From positions 194 to 64,193 of the forward strand of contig CAZDCZ010000003.1 of the NCBI GenBank assembly GCA_964504155.1: a DNA stretch of 64,000 nucleotides, read 5' to 3'. Positions within the stretch are counted from its first letter, which is position 1. Each line of letters begins with the position of its first letter. The notes beneath the pieces were generated by a model. That model saw only the letters and a program-made list of their open reading frames with translations, was not told the origin of the DNA and searched no databases. Of this stretch, positions 49,006-59,230 are shown piece by piece. Both the position numbers and the translations under genes were made by a program. The DNA is from an uncultured Bacteroidales bacterium (lineage in GTDB: Bacteria > Bacteroidota > Bacteroidia > Bacteroidales > UBA12077).

Positions 49006-49665
49006 CTAATTAAAAGTAGCTATTACAGTTTGTGCCCCTTTAACTTCTTGATTAAGATTTACATTAATTTTAACATTTACAGGGACAAATACATCAAGTC
49101 TGGAGCCAAATTTAATAAAACCCATTTCCGATCCTTGTATAATTTTTTTATTCTCTCTCGAGTAATAAACAATTCTACGTGCAACAGCTCCGGCAATTTG
49201 TCTTACAAGTATCGATTGTTTTTCGGGATTTTCAATTACAACTGTAGTTCTCTCATTCTCGGTTGATGATTTGGGAAGTTTTGCAATTAAAAATTTACCT
49301 GAATGATATTTAAAATATTTAATTATTCCGCCAATAGGAAACCAATTTATATGAATATTCCAAATTGACATAAATATAGAAATTTGAATACGTTTATCTT
49401 TATAATATTCATTTTCGTATGTTTCTTCAATAACTACAATACGACCATCTGCAGGAGCATAAATATTATTCTTATCGATTACAACATTCCTGACCGGTCT
49501 TCTGAAAAAGCGAACAATAAATAAAAAAAATATTATCGATACAATAATTACACTTGTTGCGGCAATATCGTTTACTTCAATTAAGAATACTAATAAGCTG
49601 TTTACTGCAAGTAACAATAAAAATAATGTATATATTATTCCTCTTCCTTCTTTATGAATAGTCAT
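49006..49665 (-). CDS. psd: Phosphatidylserine decarboxylase family protein (short form)
   Basis: 219 aa with an N-terminal TM anchor. It has YAPADGRIV and the self-cleavage region IKFGSRLDVFVP. Confidence 0.85.
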   Translation of the reverse strand: MTIHKEGRGIIYTLFLLLLAVNSLLVFLIEVNDIAATSVIIVSIIFFLFIVRFFRRPVRNVVIDKNNIYAPADGRIVVIEETYENEYYKDKRIQISIFMSIWNIHINWFPIGGIIKYFKYHSGKFLIAKLPKSSTENERTTVVIENPEKQSILVRQIAGAVARRIVYYSRENKKIIQGSEMGFIKFGSRLDVFVPVNVKINVNLNQEVKGAQTVIATFN

Positions 49666-49680
49666 GTTTTAAATTTATAA

Positions 49681-50496
49681 TTATGATATTAACTGCAAAT
49701 AAATAAAATATATTGGTAATGACAATAAAACAGCATCAAAACGATCTAAAATTCCACCATGACCAGGCAGAATATTTCCAGCATCTTTGACGTTTTCACT
49801 ACGTTTCAGCATAGATTCTGTTAAATCGCCAAATGTTCCAATTATCGATGCTATTATTGACACAAATATCCATTGTCTAAATTCCAAATCTTTAAAAAAT
49901 AAAGAAATTATATAAGCTGTAAGAAGCGATAATAATACACCTCCCAAAAAGCCTTCCCACGATTTTTTAGGCGAAATGCGTTCAAACAATCTATGTCGTC
50001 CAAAAGAAACTCCAAAAACATACGCAAAAGAATCGTACGACCAAGTAAGAAACAAAAATCCCAATAATAAATGAGAGTTATATATTGTTGACGAATTTAA
50101 AAATACAATATAATTAACAAGAGAAAATGGTACAGCTATATACAATACTGCAATAATTGTATACGCAATATTAATAAACGGCTTTTCTTTTTTTCGATAA
50201 AGCTCTATTATAAAAACACTTACAACTAAAAATATTACAACTAAAAATATTTTAGAACCTATAAGACTTTGAGCATAGAAATAATTTGAGATAAAAACAG
50301 AAACGCCAATAATAATCCCATTTATTCTTTGAACATTAATATTTTTTTGAGAAACTAAATTATAAAACTCGTTCATTCCCAAAACAATAATCCCTAAAAA
50401 CAAAATAAGAAAAAGCCATTTATTTATTGCAATTGCACCAACAACCACAACAACAAAAACAAGCCCTGTTAAACTTCGTTTAATTAAATTGTTCAA
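49681..50496 (-). CDS. cdsA: Phosphatidate cytidylyltransferase (CDP-diglyceride synthase)
   Basis: 271 aa, polytopic. The signature is SPKKSWEGFLGG...PGHGGILDRFD. Confidence 0.9.
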   Translation of the reverse strand: MNNLIKRSLTGLVFVVVVVGAIAINKWLFLILFLGIIVLGMNEFYNLVSQKNINVQRINGIIIGVSVFISNYFYAQSLIGSKIFLVVIFLVVSVFIIELYRKKEKPFINIAYTIIAVLYIAVPFSLVNYIVFLNSSTIYNSHLLLGFLFLTWSYDSFAYVFGVSFGRHRLFERISPKKSWEGFLGGVLLSLLTAYIISLFFKDLEFRQWIFVSIIASIIGTFGDLTESMLKRSENVKDAGNILPGHGGILDRFDAVLLSLPIYFIYLQLIS

Positions 50497-50515
50497 ATTT
50501 TACTATTTATAAATT

Positions 50516-52594
50516 TTACTTATCTTCTTTTTCTGATTCTTCGCTAACATTTTTCTTTATATTTTCTCCAAGATTTACGTTCTCTTTTTCAGATTCATTT
50601 TTATTCTCCATTAATTCTTCAGAAGTTTTTCCTTTTCTCTTTCCGAAGATTTTTTCAAGATTATCAGAAAATATCACTTCTTTTTCGAGCAATATTTCAG
50701 CAAGTTGAGTTAATTTTTCTTTATTCTCTTTTAGTATATTAATTGCTATTTTATAAGCTGCATCAATAATATCATTTACTTCTTTATCGATAAGTTCGGC
50801 AGTTTTTTCGCTATATGGTTTGGTAAACATCATATCGCTTTGCCCTGTAGAGTCGTAGAAACTGATATTTCCTAATTTTTTACTCATTCCAAAATAAGTA
50901 ACCATAGCATATGCCTGTTTAGTTACTTTCTCCAGATCGTTTGCAGCTCCGGTAGATATTTCGTTAAAAATTAATTCTTCGGCAGCCCTACCTCCAAGAG
51001 TAGCACTCATTTCGTCGAGCAATTGTTCTCGAGTGGTAATCTGTCGTTCTTCTGGGAGATACCAAGCAGCACCAAGAGCTTTTCCTCGAGGTATTATTGT
51101 AACTTTAACTAATGGACTGGCATGTTCGAGTAGCCAACTAACTGTTGCATGTCCCGACTCATGAAAAGCTATAGTTTTTCGTTCTTTTTTAGATATAAGC
51201 TTACTTTTTCTTTCAAGTCCACCAATTATACGATCAACAGCATCAAGAAAATCTTGTCTCTCAACAAATTTCTTGTCTTTACGAGCAGCAATCAATGCCG
51301 ATTCGTTACATACATTAGCAATATCTGCTCCAGAAAACCCCGGAGTTTGTTTTGCAAGAAAATCTATATCGAGATGTTTCTCTAATTTTATTGGTTTTAG
51401 GTGAACATCGAATATTTCTTTTCTTTCGTAAAGATCGGGTAATTCGAGATGAATCTGTCTATCGAAACGTCCGGCACGCATTAATGCTTTATCGAGAATA
51501 TCTGCTCTATTAGTAGCAGCCATAATAATTACACCTACGTTATTAGCAAAACCGTCCATTTCGGTTAACAACTGATTTAGTGTATTTTCGCGTTCGTCGT
51601 TTGCTCCCATATTTGCATTTCGTCCTCTAGCTCTTCCTATAGCATCTATCTCGTCGATAAATATAATACATGGGGCTTTTTCTTTTGCCTGTTTAAATAA
51701 ATCGCGAACTCTCGAAGCGCCAACACCAACAAACATCTCAACAAAATCGGAACCCGACATTGAGAAAAATGGCACATTTGCCTCTCCAGCAACTGCTTTA
51801 GCCAATAATGTTTTACCGGTACCCGGAGGGCCAACCAGCAATACTCCTTTGGGAATTTTACCTCCTAAATCGGTATATTTTTTTGGTGTTTTTAAGAAAT
51901 CAACTATCTCACGTACTTCTACTTTTGCTTCTTTTAATCCGGCAACATCTTTAAAATCGGTTTTTATATCTGCTTCTTTATCGAAAAGTTGAGCTTTCGA
52001 TTTTCCAACATTAAAAACGTTTCCTGCACCTCCGCCTCCGGCTCCTTTAGCCATACGACGAAAAACAAAAAGCCAAATTAATACAATTAAAAGAATAGGA
52101 AATACCCATTCCATTATTTTTGAAAAATAATTAACACGATTCTTATAACTAACTTCAATGTATTCGTCTTTCAAATATTTTTCCTGAGCATCGGAAAGTT
52201 TCTTTTCAAAAATTTCAACAGATCCGATAGTAAAAAAATATTGAGGAGCAGAACCAGAAATTCCTAATCCTTTTTTTTGGGCAACATCTTTATATCTAGA
52301 ATTGCTTAGTCGATCTTTCTTAATATAAATTTCAGCCATTTGCCTATTAATAACTTCTATCTTATCGACATCGCCATTTCTAAGCATACTTCTTTCGAAT
52401 TCTTGCCAAGTTATTTCTTTTGGCCCTGTATTTCCAAGGCTAAAAAATTGTAATGCAAGAAAAATAATGGCAATAGCACCATAAACCCAATAAATATTAA
52501 ATTTAGGCTTCTGTTTCTTTCCTTTATTTTTGCTATCCGGCTTACTATTTAAAGTAGGATCCGGTTTTTCATTTTTTAATTTATTATCTGCCAT
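50516..52594 (-). CDS. ftsH: ATP-dependent zinc metalloprotease FtsH
   Basis: 692 aa. It has Walker A GPPGTGKT, Walker [10 protein letters not shown], the SRH region and the zinc motif HESGH. Confidence 0.97.
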   Translation of the reverse strand: MADNKLKNEKPDPTLNSKPDSKNKGKKQKPKFNIYWVYGAIAIIFLALQFFSLGNTGPKEITWQEFERSMLRNGDVDKIEVINRQMAEIYIKKDRLSNSRYKDVAQKKGLGISGSAPQYFFTIGSVEIFEKKLSDAQEKYLKDEYIEVSYKNRVNYFSKIMEWVFPILLIVLIWLFVFRRMAKGAGGGGAGNVFNVGKSKAQLFDKEADIKTDFKDVAGLKEAKVEVREIVDFLKTPKKYTDLGGKIPKGVLLVGPPGTGKTLLAKAVAGEANVPFFSMSGSDFVEMFVGVGASRVRDLFKQAKEKAPCIIFIDEIDAIGRARGRNANMGANDERENTLNQLLTEMDGFANNVGVIIMAATNRADILDKALMRAGRFDRQIHLELPDLYERKEIFDVHLKPIKLEKHLDIDFLAKQTPGFSGADIANVCNESALIAARKDKKFVERQDFLDAVDRIIGGLERKSKLISKKERKTIAFHESGHATVSWLLEHASPLVKVTIIPRGKALGAAWYLPEERQITTREQLLDEMSATLGGRAAEELIFNEISTGAANDLEKVTKQAYAMVTYFGMSKKLGNISFYDSTGQSDMMFTKPYSEKTAELIDKEVNDIIDAAYKIAINILKENKEKLTQLAEILLEKEVIFSDNLEKIFGKRKGKTSEELMENKNESEKENVNLGENIKKNVSEESEKEDK

Positions 52595-52622
52595 TTCTAT
52601 ATTTGCTAAATTTTTTATTCTT

Positions 52623-52991
52623 TTATTTATCTTCGACTCTAGTAATTATGGAATCGCCCCACAAATCTTCAAGTTTATAAAAATCTCTATGTTCTTTTTG
52701 AAATATATGTACAATAATATTTGAGTAATCGAGCAAAACCCATGTAGAATTATTCATTCCCTCTTTATGCCAAACTTTTTCGTTCAGATTTTCCCTCACT
52801 TTATCTTGCACTGAATCTGCAATTGCATCAACTTGAGTATTTGAATCTCCATGACAAATAACAAAATATTCACAAACAGAATTGTCAATATGACGCATGT
52901 CTAAATTTACAATATCTTTCCCTTTTTTTTCTAAAATTCCTTCAATAATACTATTTAGCATTTCTTGTAATTCAACTTCTTTTTTGTGCAT
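52623..52991 (-). CDS. rsfS: Ribosome silencing factor RsfS (iojap-like)
   Basis: 122 aa. It has the pattern KKGKDIVNLDMR...DYFVICHGDSNTQVDAIA...GMNNSTWVLLDYSNIIVHIF. Confidence 0.88.
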   Translation of the reverse strand: MHKKEVELQEMLNSIIEGILEKKGKDIVNLDMRHIDNSVCEYFVICHGDSNTQVDAIADSVQDKVRENLNEKVWHKEGMNNSTWVLLDYSNIIVHIFQKEHRDFYKLEDLWGDSIITRVEDK

Positions 52992-53220
52992 TTAAACAAT
53001 TTTTCATTTTATTATTCAACCAATTTACAAAATTAGTCAAATAATTATACTTAATACAATAACTACGACACAATATCAAATTTTATTCCCTTTTCAAGAA
53101 AATTTGTATTTTTCAATATTTGGCATAAATTTATGACATAAATAAGCAAAACATGAGAATTTGTCATAACTATGCAAAATAATTTCATTTTATATTTTAA
53201 TCTACAATAAATAAAACATA

Positions 53221-53955
53221 GTGAATAAAATAATACATTTAGCTTCAATATCGTCGACTAATATTTATGCCAATAAGATATTAAAAGAATCGACACCTGA
53301 AAATGGAACAGTAATTATTGCAGACAATCAAACATCAGGACGAGGACATGATAAGAATAAGTGGGAAAGTCAGGACAAAATGAATTTAACTTTTAGTTTA
53401 ATATATTATCCTGTTTTCTTGCCAATAATTAAGCAATTTTATTTATCGAAATGTATTTCGATTGGCATATTAAATTATTTAAAAGAATACTCTAACAATA
53501 TTAGTATTAAATGGCCTAACGACATATATATAGGTAACAAAAAAATTGCAGGAATATTAATAGAGAATTCAATAAGAGGAAATTCCTTATTGAATTCTAT
53601 TATTGGGATTGGGTTAAATATTAATCAGAAAAAGTTTCTTAGCGATGCTCCTAATCCTATTTCTTTATATCAGCTAAGCAATAAAGAATATAATCTTAAA
53701 ACAGAATTATCGAAACTTATAAACAGTATAAACACATATTATGCTAAGCTTAAAAATAAAGAATATTCAGAAATGGACAATCTTTACTTTAGTAATCTTT
53801 ACAGGATTAATAAATATTTCCGATATAAAGATAAAGACGGTATTTTTGAAGGCAAAATAATAGGTATTTCAGAATTTGGCTATTTACAAATAGAAACTAA
53901 AGAAAAAATTATTAAAGAATATGACTTTAAAGAAATTCAATTTTTAGATATTTAG
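53221..53955 (+). CDS. birA: Biotin--[acetyl-CoA-carboxylase] ligase, group I (no N-terminal HTH)
   Basis: 244 aa with a GTG start. It has STN, the GRGHDKNKW (GRGRxGRxW-like) motif and KWPNDIYIGNKKIAGIL. Confidence 0.85.
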   Translation: MNKIIHLASISSTNIYANKILKESTPENGTVIIADNQTSGRGHDKNKWESQDKMNLTFSLIYYPVFLPIIKQFYLSKCISIGILNYLKEYSNNISIKWPNDIYIGNKKIAGILIENSIRGNSLLNSIIGIGLNINQKKFLSDAPNPISLYQLSNKEYNLKTELSKLINSINTYYAKLKNKEYSEMDNLYFSNLYRINKYFRYKDKDGIFEGKIIGISEFGYLQIETKEKIIKEYDFKEIQFLDI

Positions 53956-53960
53956 CATTA

Positions 53961-54374
53961 TTATATTTGCGAATTAAAATACATTGTTAACTGATCGGCA
54001 ATAGTATCTATTCCTTTCTGTAACTGTTTTTTTATCATCATTTTCATCATTGGATTTAGCTCGGTTTTCAATGTTAATCGCATTTTGGTATCGTTTTCTG
54101 CAACATCAACAAATTGTATCCACAAAATAAAATCGAATGGCACTTTTCCATCGCCACTAATTTTAATAAGCTTTGGAGCTTCTTTCTCGATAATTTTCAT
54201 ACCAACTTTCCCAATATCTTTAACTGTAAAGCTACAAGTATCTTGAGTAGCTTGGATATCGGAAACTTTATCGGGAGGAATTAACTGTTTTAAATTATTA
54301 AAATCACCAATAAATTCATAAACTTTTTCGTTTGATTTATTTATTGAGCATATTTTACTTACTACTTTTGTCAT
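53961..54374 (-). CDS. SRPBCC (START/polyketide-cyclase-like) family protein
   Basis: The start is set at the internal ATG at 54374 (MTKVVSKICSINKSNEKVYEFIGDFNNLKQLIP), which avoids overlap with pyrE. The track ORF begins at 54413. Size and pattern fit the SRPBCC fold. Confidence 0.55.
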   Translation of the reverse strand: MTKVVSKICSINKSNEKVYEFIGDFNNLKQLIPPDKVSDIQATQDTCSFTVKDIGKVGMKIIEKEAPKLIKISGDGKVPFDFILWIQFVDVAENDTKMRLTLKTELNPMMKMMIKKQLQKGIDTIADQLTMYFNSQI

Positions 54375-54400
54375 TTTACTTTCTTTATTATTTTTTAATA

Positions 54401-55024
54401 TTATTTCATCCAATTCTCTGGATCATCTCTCCATTGTGCGAGTGTTTTGAGATTTTCTTTTTTCACATAGCTTGTTTCTAAAGCCATATTAATTAATACA
54501 TTGTAATTACTAAGTGCAAATAACTTAACATTTTCATCATCGAAAGCTTTTTCCGATTTATTAAAACCATAAGTAAATATTGCAGACATACCCTTTATCT
54601 CGGCACCGGCTTCGCGCAAGGTTTTTACGGCACGCAAGCTACTCATTCCGGTAGAGATAAGATCTTCGATAACAACAACTGTTTGTCCTTTTTTAAATAC
54701 TCCTTCGATAATATTTCCCATTCCATGTTGCTTAGCAGAGGCTCTAACATATACAAATGGTAATCCAAGTTCTTCGGCAACTAATACTCCTATTGCTATA
54801 GCTCCGGTTGCAACACCTGCAATTACATCGGGCATGCCATATTTATCTAAAATAAGCTTAACAAATGCATTTTTTATTAATTCTCTTGCCTCGGGGAAAG
54901 ACAATATTTTTCTATTATCGCAATATATTGGAGACTTCCATCCGGAAGCCCAAGTGAAATAATTTGTAGGTTCTAATTTAATTGCATTAATTTGCAATAA
55001 TAATTTTGCTATTTCTTTTTCCAT
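54401..55024 (-). CDS. pyrE: Orotate phosphoribosyltransferase
   Basis: 207 aa. It has the PRPP-binding motif VVVIEDLISTGMSS, and the N-terminus FTWASGWKSPIYCDNR is typical of PyrE. Confidence 0.92.
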   Translation of the reverse strand: MEKEIAKLLLQINAIKLEPTNYFTWASGWKSPIYCDNRKILSFPEARELIKNAFVKLILDKYGMPDVIAGVATGAIAIGVLVAEELGLPFVYVRASAKQHGMGNIIEGVFKKGQTVVVIEDLISTGMSSLRAVKTLREAGAEIKGMSAIFTYGFNKSEKAFDDENVKLFALSNYNVLINMALETSYVKKENLKTLAQWRDDPENWMK

Positions 55025-55086
55025 AAAACATAATAATTAATCATAGTAATTTGCTTTGGCAATTATTTTTTAAGCAGTTTTTACAA

Positions 55087-55701
55087 ATGTATAAAGTTTT
55101 TTATAATCAACGAACAGTTTTTTTATCAGATAACGATAATTATTTTTTTGATAATAAATTTGGAATTTTTTATAGGTATATCGACAATAATAGTTTTAAG
55201 ATGATTCTTGAGATATTTGAAAAGACTAAGGCTATCGATCAATTACATGTTTATAATAAAGATACAAAGAAATTATTTGAGTTATTCTCATCATTCTTTA
55301 CAATAATAGATGCTGCAGGAGGTTTGGTAAAGACTCGTGAAAATAAAATTCTTGTTATAAAAAGACGAGGTATTTGGGATTTACCAAAAGGGAAAATCGA
55401 ACCGGGAGAAAGCACTACCGAAGGAGCTTTGCGAGAAGTTGAAGAGGAATGTGGAATTTCTAATCTCGAAATAAAAAAATTAATTACTATTACTTATCAC
55501 ACCTACACTTTAAACAATAAACGTATATTAAAACGCACCTTTTGGTACGACATGGCACATAATGGCAATGCTGAACTTACTCCACAAACGGAAGAAGAAA
55601 TCACGGAAGCAAAATGGATATCAAAATCGGATATTAAAGACGTTTTAAAAAACACCTTTCCATCGATAGTTGAAGTTTTAGACAAAGGATTGCAACAGTA
55701 A
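55087..55701 (+). CDS. NUDIX hydrolase with N-terminal accessory domain
   Basis: The Nudix box is GKIEPGESTTEGALREVEEECGI. The start is set at the ATG at 55087; the track ORF uses a TTG at 55051. Confidence 0.8.
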   Translation: MYKVFYNQRTVFLSDNDNYFFDNKFGIFYRYIDNNSFKMILEIFEKTKAIDQLHVYNKDTKKLFELFSSFFTIIDAAGGLVKTRENKILVIKRRGIWDLPKGKIEPGESTTEGALREVEEECGISNLEIKKLITITYHTYTLNNKRILKRTFWYDMAHNGNAELTPQTEEEITEAKWISKSDIKDVLKNTFPSIVEVLDKGLQQ

Positions 55702-55711
55702 AAAGTTATTT

Positions 55712-57157
55712 TTACAAATCGCCTCGAACTTTCATTATTTTAAATAAAGTAAACTCAAGATTTTCTGCAGGACTAGGGGCCGGCGATAACAATAACTTCC
55801 CTTCCTTATCGATTAAGAAATATGTTGGGAATGCTCGTATATCGTACTCTTTCAGAATGTGAGGTTTATTACCGTAATAAAGAAATTTCCATGGGTATTT
55901 CTTTTTATCAACGAATCTCTTCATTTGTTCGTAACTATTATCGGCACAAATCATAACAATTTCGAAATCATTAGAATGTCTTTCGTATAATTTTCTTAAC
56001 ATCTCAAACTCTTGAATACATGTATAACTAGATGATGTACAAAAGCCTAGATATACATACTTGCCTTTAAAATTACTTAAAGAAACAAGATTACTGTCGG
56101 TATCGTATAACAGAAACTCTGATGGAGCAAAACCTTTTAATAAACGAGTAACTTTTGTGTAAATATTGTCAGCTATTTTCTTATGTTCTTCGATTGTGGT
56201 TTGGTTTCTTAACGAATCGAGAACTGTTAACATTGCAGATCTGTAGAATTTGTCGTTATAAAACTCATCGTAAAGACATTTCAAAATTACAAACTCTTTT
56301 AATGTGTCGTTTTTTAATATGTTATCGTAACTTAAAGTCGATTTTAGGGCAAAAATACTTTTTTGTCGGTTAATATTTTTATATATTTCTTTCCCATGTT
56401 CGGTTCGTCCGAAATATAAAAAATAATTGTCGTAAACCTGATTAAACAAATCCATATATGCTGTGTTTCTGTATAAAACATTTTTATTCAGATAATACGA
56501 ATTTGAAATACTTTTGGTTTTATGCTGATATGATAAATGTTTAAAAGCTGCGTATTTATATTTTTTATAATTAATAAAATATGGGTTTTTATAGTTGCAA
56601 AATATAGAATCGATTTTACTAATAGCATCTTCTACATTTATTCCCGATGCCTTTGTATATATTTTGTAAGCATTTTGATTAATCATTCTATCATATTCGT
56701 AATTAAAATATGCTAAAATATAATTCAATTCTTTTTCGGATGAATTAGCAATTCCTAAATGATATTTTATTTCTTTAAAATATGGATTAAGCTCTTCGAC
56801 AATGGTTTTATCTTGTTTTTCGGGAAACAACAATTCGTATTCATGTTGTGGTTCGATAAAAACAAATGCTTCGTATACTCCTAAATGTAAAAATATATAT
56901 TGTGTTTCTTTTATATTAATATTAACCGAGAAATCGCCGTTCTCGCTTACTTCGCATTCGGCAAGCGGTTTTTCTGTATTCGTAATAAAATCGGTATATG
57001 TAATAAATTCAAGCTTAGAATTTGCGTAATCGGGAATATTACCAAACAAATGTGTTTTCTGAGAAAATGATGAAAACACAACACTAAAAACAATAAGAAC
57101 AGATATAAGAATACTTTTGCTATTTAACATATAATTTTTATTAATATAATTTTGCAT
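55712..57157 (-). CDS. TlpA-like thioredoxin-fold protein with large N-terminal domain and a non-canonical active site
   Basis: 481 aa. The signal peptide ends SFS|QK. The C-terminal roughly 130 aa have the TlpA/redoxin pattern (FKGKYVYLGF....C...E, AFPTYFLIDKEGK). The CxxC position reads S-Y-T-C. Confidence 0.65.
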   Translation of the reverse strand: MQNYINKNYMLNSKSILISVLIVFSVVFSSFSQKTHLFGNIPDYANSKLEFITYTDFITNTEKPLAECEVSENGDFSVNINIKETQYIFLHLGVYEAFVFIEPQHEYELLFPEKQDKTIVEELNPYFKEIKYHLGIANSSEKELNYILAYFNYEYDRMINQNAYKIYTKASGINVEDAISKIDSIFCNYKNPYFINYKKYKYAAFKHLSYQHKTKSISNSYYLNKNVLYRNTAYMDLFNQVYDNYFLYFGRTEHGKEIYKNINRQKSIFALKSTLSYDNILKNDTLKEFVILKCLYDEFYNDKFYRSAMLTVLDSLRNQTTIEEHKKIADNIYTKVTRLLKGFAPSEFLLYDTDSNLVSLSNFKGKYVYLGFCTSSSYTCIQEFEMLRKLYERHSNDFEIVMICADNSYEQMKRFVDKKKYPWKFLYYGNKPHILKEYDIRAFPTYFLIDKEGKLLLSPAPSPAENLEFTLFKIMKVRGDL

Positions 57158-57192
57158 GTGGCATATTTTATACCAAAGTAATAATTAATATT

Positions 57193-57663
57193 TTATTTGG
57201 GTTGTTTCAAGTTTAAGTTATATGGAATAAACATACTTACATCGCCTCCATGACGAAGCACATCGCGAACAATTGTGGAATTTATAGGTGTATGTTCGGG
57301 CATTGTTAAAAGGAAGACTGTTTCTATTCTATCATACATTGCCTTATTCGATTGAGCTATAGCTCTTTCGTACTCGAAATCGGATGAGGTACGTAAACCT
57401 CGCAATATATATTTTGCATTTACTTTTTTACAATAATCAACAGTTAAGCCTTCATAATAATCAACCTCAATATTTTTGCACCCATCAAAAACTTGTTCTA
57501 TAAAATCTCTCCGTTCTTCGAGAGAAAAAAAACTATCTTTATTTGCATTATATCCAATTGAAATAATGATTTTATCGAACAAAGGCATTGCACGTCTGAC
57601 TATTGATTCATGACCAAGAGTTATAGGGTCGAAACTGCCGGGAAAGATTGCTGTTTTTTTCAT
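57193..57663 (-). CDS. coaD: Pantetheine-phosphate adenylyltransferase
   Basis: 156 aa. It has FPGSFDPITLGH and LRGLR. Confidence 0.95.
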   Translation of the reverse strand: MKKTAIFPGSFDPITLGHESIVRRAMPLFDKIIISIGYNANKDSFFSLEERRDFIEQVFDGCKNIEVDYYEGLTVDYCKKVNAKYILRGLRTSSDFEYERAIAQSNKAMYDRIETVFLLTMPEHTPINSTIVRDVLRHGGDVSMFIPYNLNLKQPK

Positions 57664-57742
57664 TTAAAATGGTTTTAATCTACAAACTTATTATAATTAT
57701 TACTACTTGCCAAATAAACAATTTCTTCTATTTTTGTTATTA

Positions 57743-57896
57743 CCTTAATTTCGCAACCATATAAAAATACTAAAAAACTAGAAGTCTAAATGTATTTTTA
57801 CTTTATTTCTAATTTAAAACTGTAGAATAATACTACTTATAAAGCCACTAATTTTTCTTTTAGATACTTTTTTATCAAATAAAAGAGTGTTATCAT
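57743..57896 (-). repeat. 154-bp IS tail, copy B (inverted partner of 16986-17139)
   Basis: 148/154 identity to copy A in reverse complement. Confidence 0.9.
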
Positions 57897-58596
57897 AAAA
57901 ATTGTACTATTCATAATACTGCTTTATCAAGATATTGATTATAAGACAAATAACACAACAGCATGTATCCATGCTTACTACAAGTAATAGGTCTTAATTC
58001 TTCTAAATTAATCGATAATATGGTTGTTTTGTGAATAATTTCAATATCCATTCCCTCCTCCGATACACCCATCTACCTGCAACTGTAATAAAGCGAAAAA
58101 CAAATCGCTTAATCCTAGTTGTAGGTGTAATATTATCAAACACCTTTGAAACCAGTGTTATAAAATAATTGTAAAAATTTTCAATCATTGCTATGATAAT
58201 CATGAAACTACAATTTTTATTTAAATATGAGAATGGAAGATGCTTCCAACCAAAATCATTATTCATTTCATCAAATATCTTTTCACTTGTGCCACTAACA
58301 TTGTAATATTCTATAACTGCTTTTTCTGTTGATTTATGATTATTAGTTAAAATTGAACGATATATATAATTATCTTTTGTAAATATATCAAGTTGATTAT
58401 CTGTACTTTTTTTGCGTATAATAAGCAAACAATAATTTCTATCGTCATAAAATTGAGTAAATGGAATGGATGCTACTTCATAGTTTTTAAAGTTAATTTC
58501 AACAGTTTCCCTATTTGAAATATCATTAAATTTTTCAAATAAATTTCCACTCTTATTTGCCCGAACATAAAATAACTTACTATGTTTATCGACTAT
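57743..58596 (-). mobile_element. 5'-truncated IS1380-family-like transposase remnant (C-terminal ~200 codons plus 3' tail)
   Basis: The open frame 58003-58596 has no plausible full-length start. It reads ...CLLIIRKKSTDNQLDIF...AVIEYYNVSGTSEKIFDEMNNDFGWKHLPFSYLNKNCSFMIIIAMIENFYNYF...RIKRFVFRFITVAGRWVYRRREWILKL. This is the C-terminal signature of IS1380-type transposases as I recall it. Confidence 0.65.
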
Positions 58597-58718
58597 TTAT
58601 TTACTTTTCAAAATTCTTCAATATTTTTTTTTGATTAAAAATACAGATTGTTAATAAATAACATATAGAATAGAAATTTGTTTTGTATTATAAAGTGCTT
58701 ATAAAAACAATTAAAAAA

Positions 58719-59201
58719 TTAAATTTTATCAAGAGTAATAATTGATATTGGATATTTATTTTTTTCGTCTGCATCAAAATCTTCTTTTTTTATTTCGTGC
58801 CATTCATCAGGATTTATTTTTGGAAAAAAAGTGTCGCCATCGAAAGAATGATGTACTTTAGTTAAATATATTCTATCGGCATAATTTAAGGCTTGTTTGT
58901 ATATTTCTCCTCCTCCGATAATAAATATTTCAGTATCGTTTTTTGCATAATTAATAGCATCTTCAAGAGAATTTACAACTATACAGCCATCTTGTAAATA
59001 ATTTTTGTTTCGAGTAATAATAATATTTGTACGTTTAGGAAGAGGCTTTCCGAAAGATTCGAATGTTTTTCTTCCCGAAATAATGTGGTGTCCGGTAGTG
59101 GTTTCTTTAAAATGTTTCATGTCGCGGGGAATGTGCCATAATAAATCATTATTTTTCCCTATTACATTATTTTGTGCTACAGCAACTATTATTGAAATCA
59201 T
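58719..59201 (-). CDS. folA: Dihydrofolate reductase
   Basis: 160 aa. It has IVAVAQNNVIGKNNDLLWH, GRKTFESF and FIIGGGEIY. Confidence 0.93.
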   Translation of the reverse strand: MISIIVAVAQNNVIGKNNDLLWHIPRDMKHFKETTTGHHIISGRKTFESFGKPLPKRTNIIITRNKNYLQDGCIVVNSLEDAINYAKNDTEIFIIGGGEIYKQALNYADRIYLTKVHHSFDGDTFFPKINPDEWHEIKKEDFDADEKNKYPISIITLDKI

Positions 59202-59230
59202 AAGCTATTTTTTAAAAAAGATATTGAATT

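Noticed and set aside
52992-53220. 8-bp inverted repeat (ttatgaca ... tgtcataa) upstream of birA as a possible bio operator
   Set aside because: The encoded BirA is group I and lacks the DNA-binding HTH domain. The repeat is short and AT-rich.
17140-57742. The 40.6-kb segment between inverted IS remnants as a composite transposon or genomic island
   Set aside because: Its content is core housekeeping (priA, ispH, cmk, parAB, pssA/psd/cdsA, ftsH, rsfS, birA, pyrE, coaD). Both transposase genes are non-functional fragments. I could identify no target-site duplication or integrase. It is better read as rearrangement scars.
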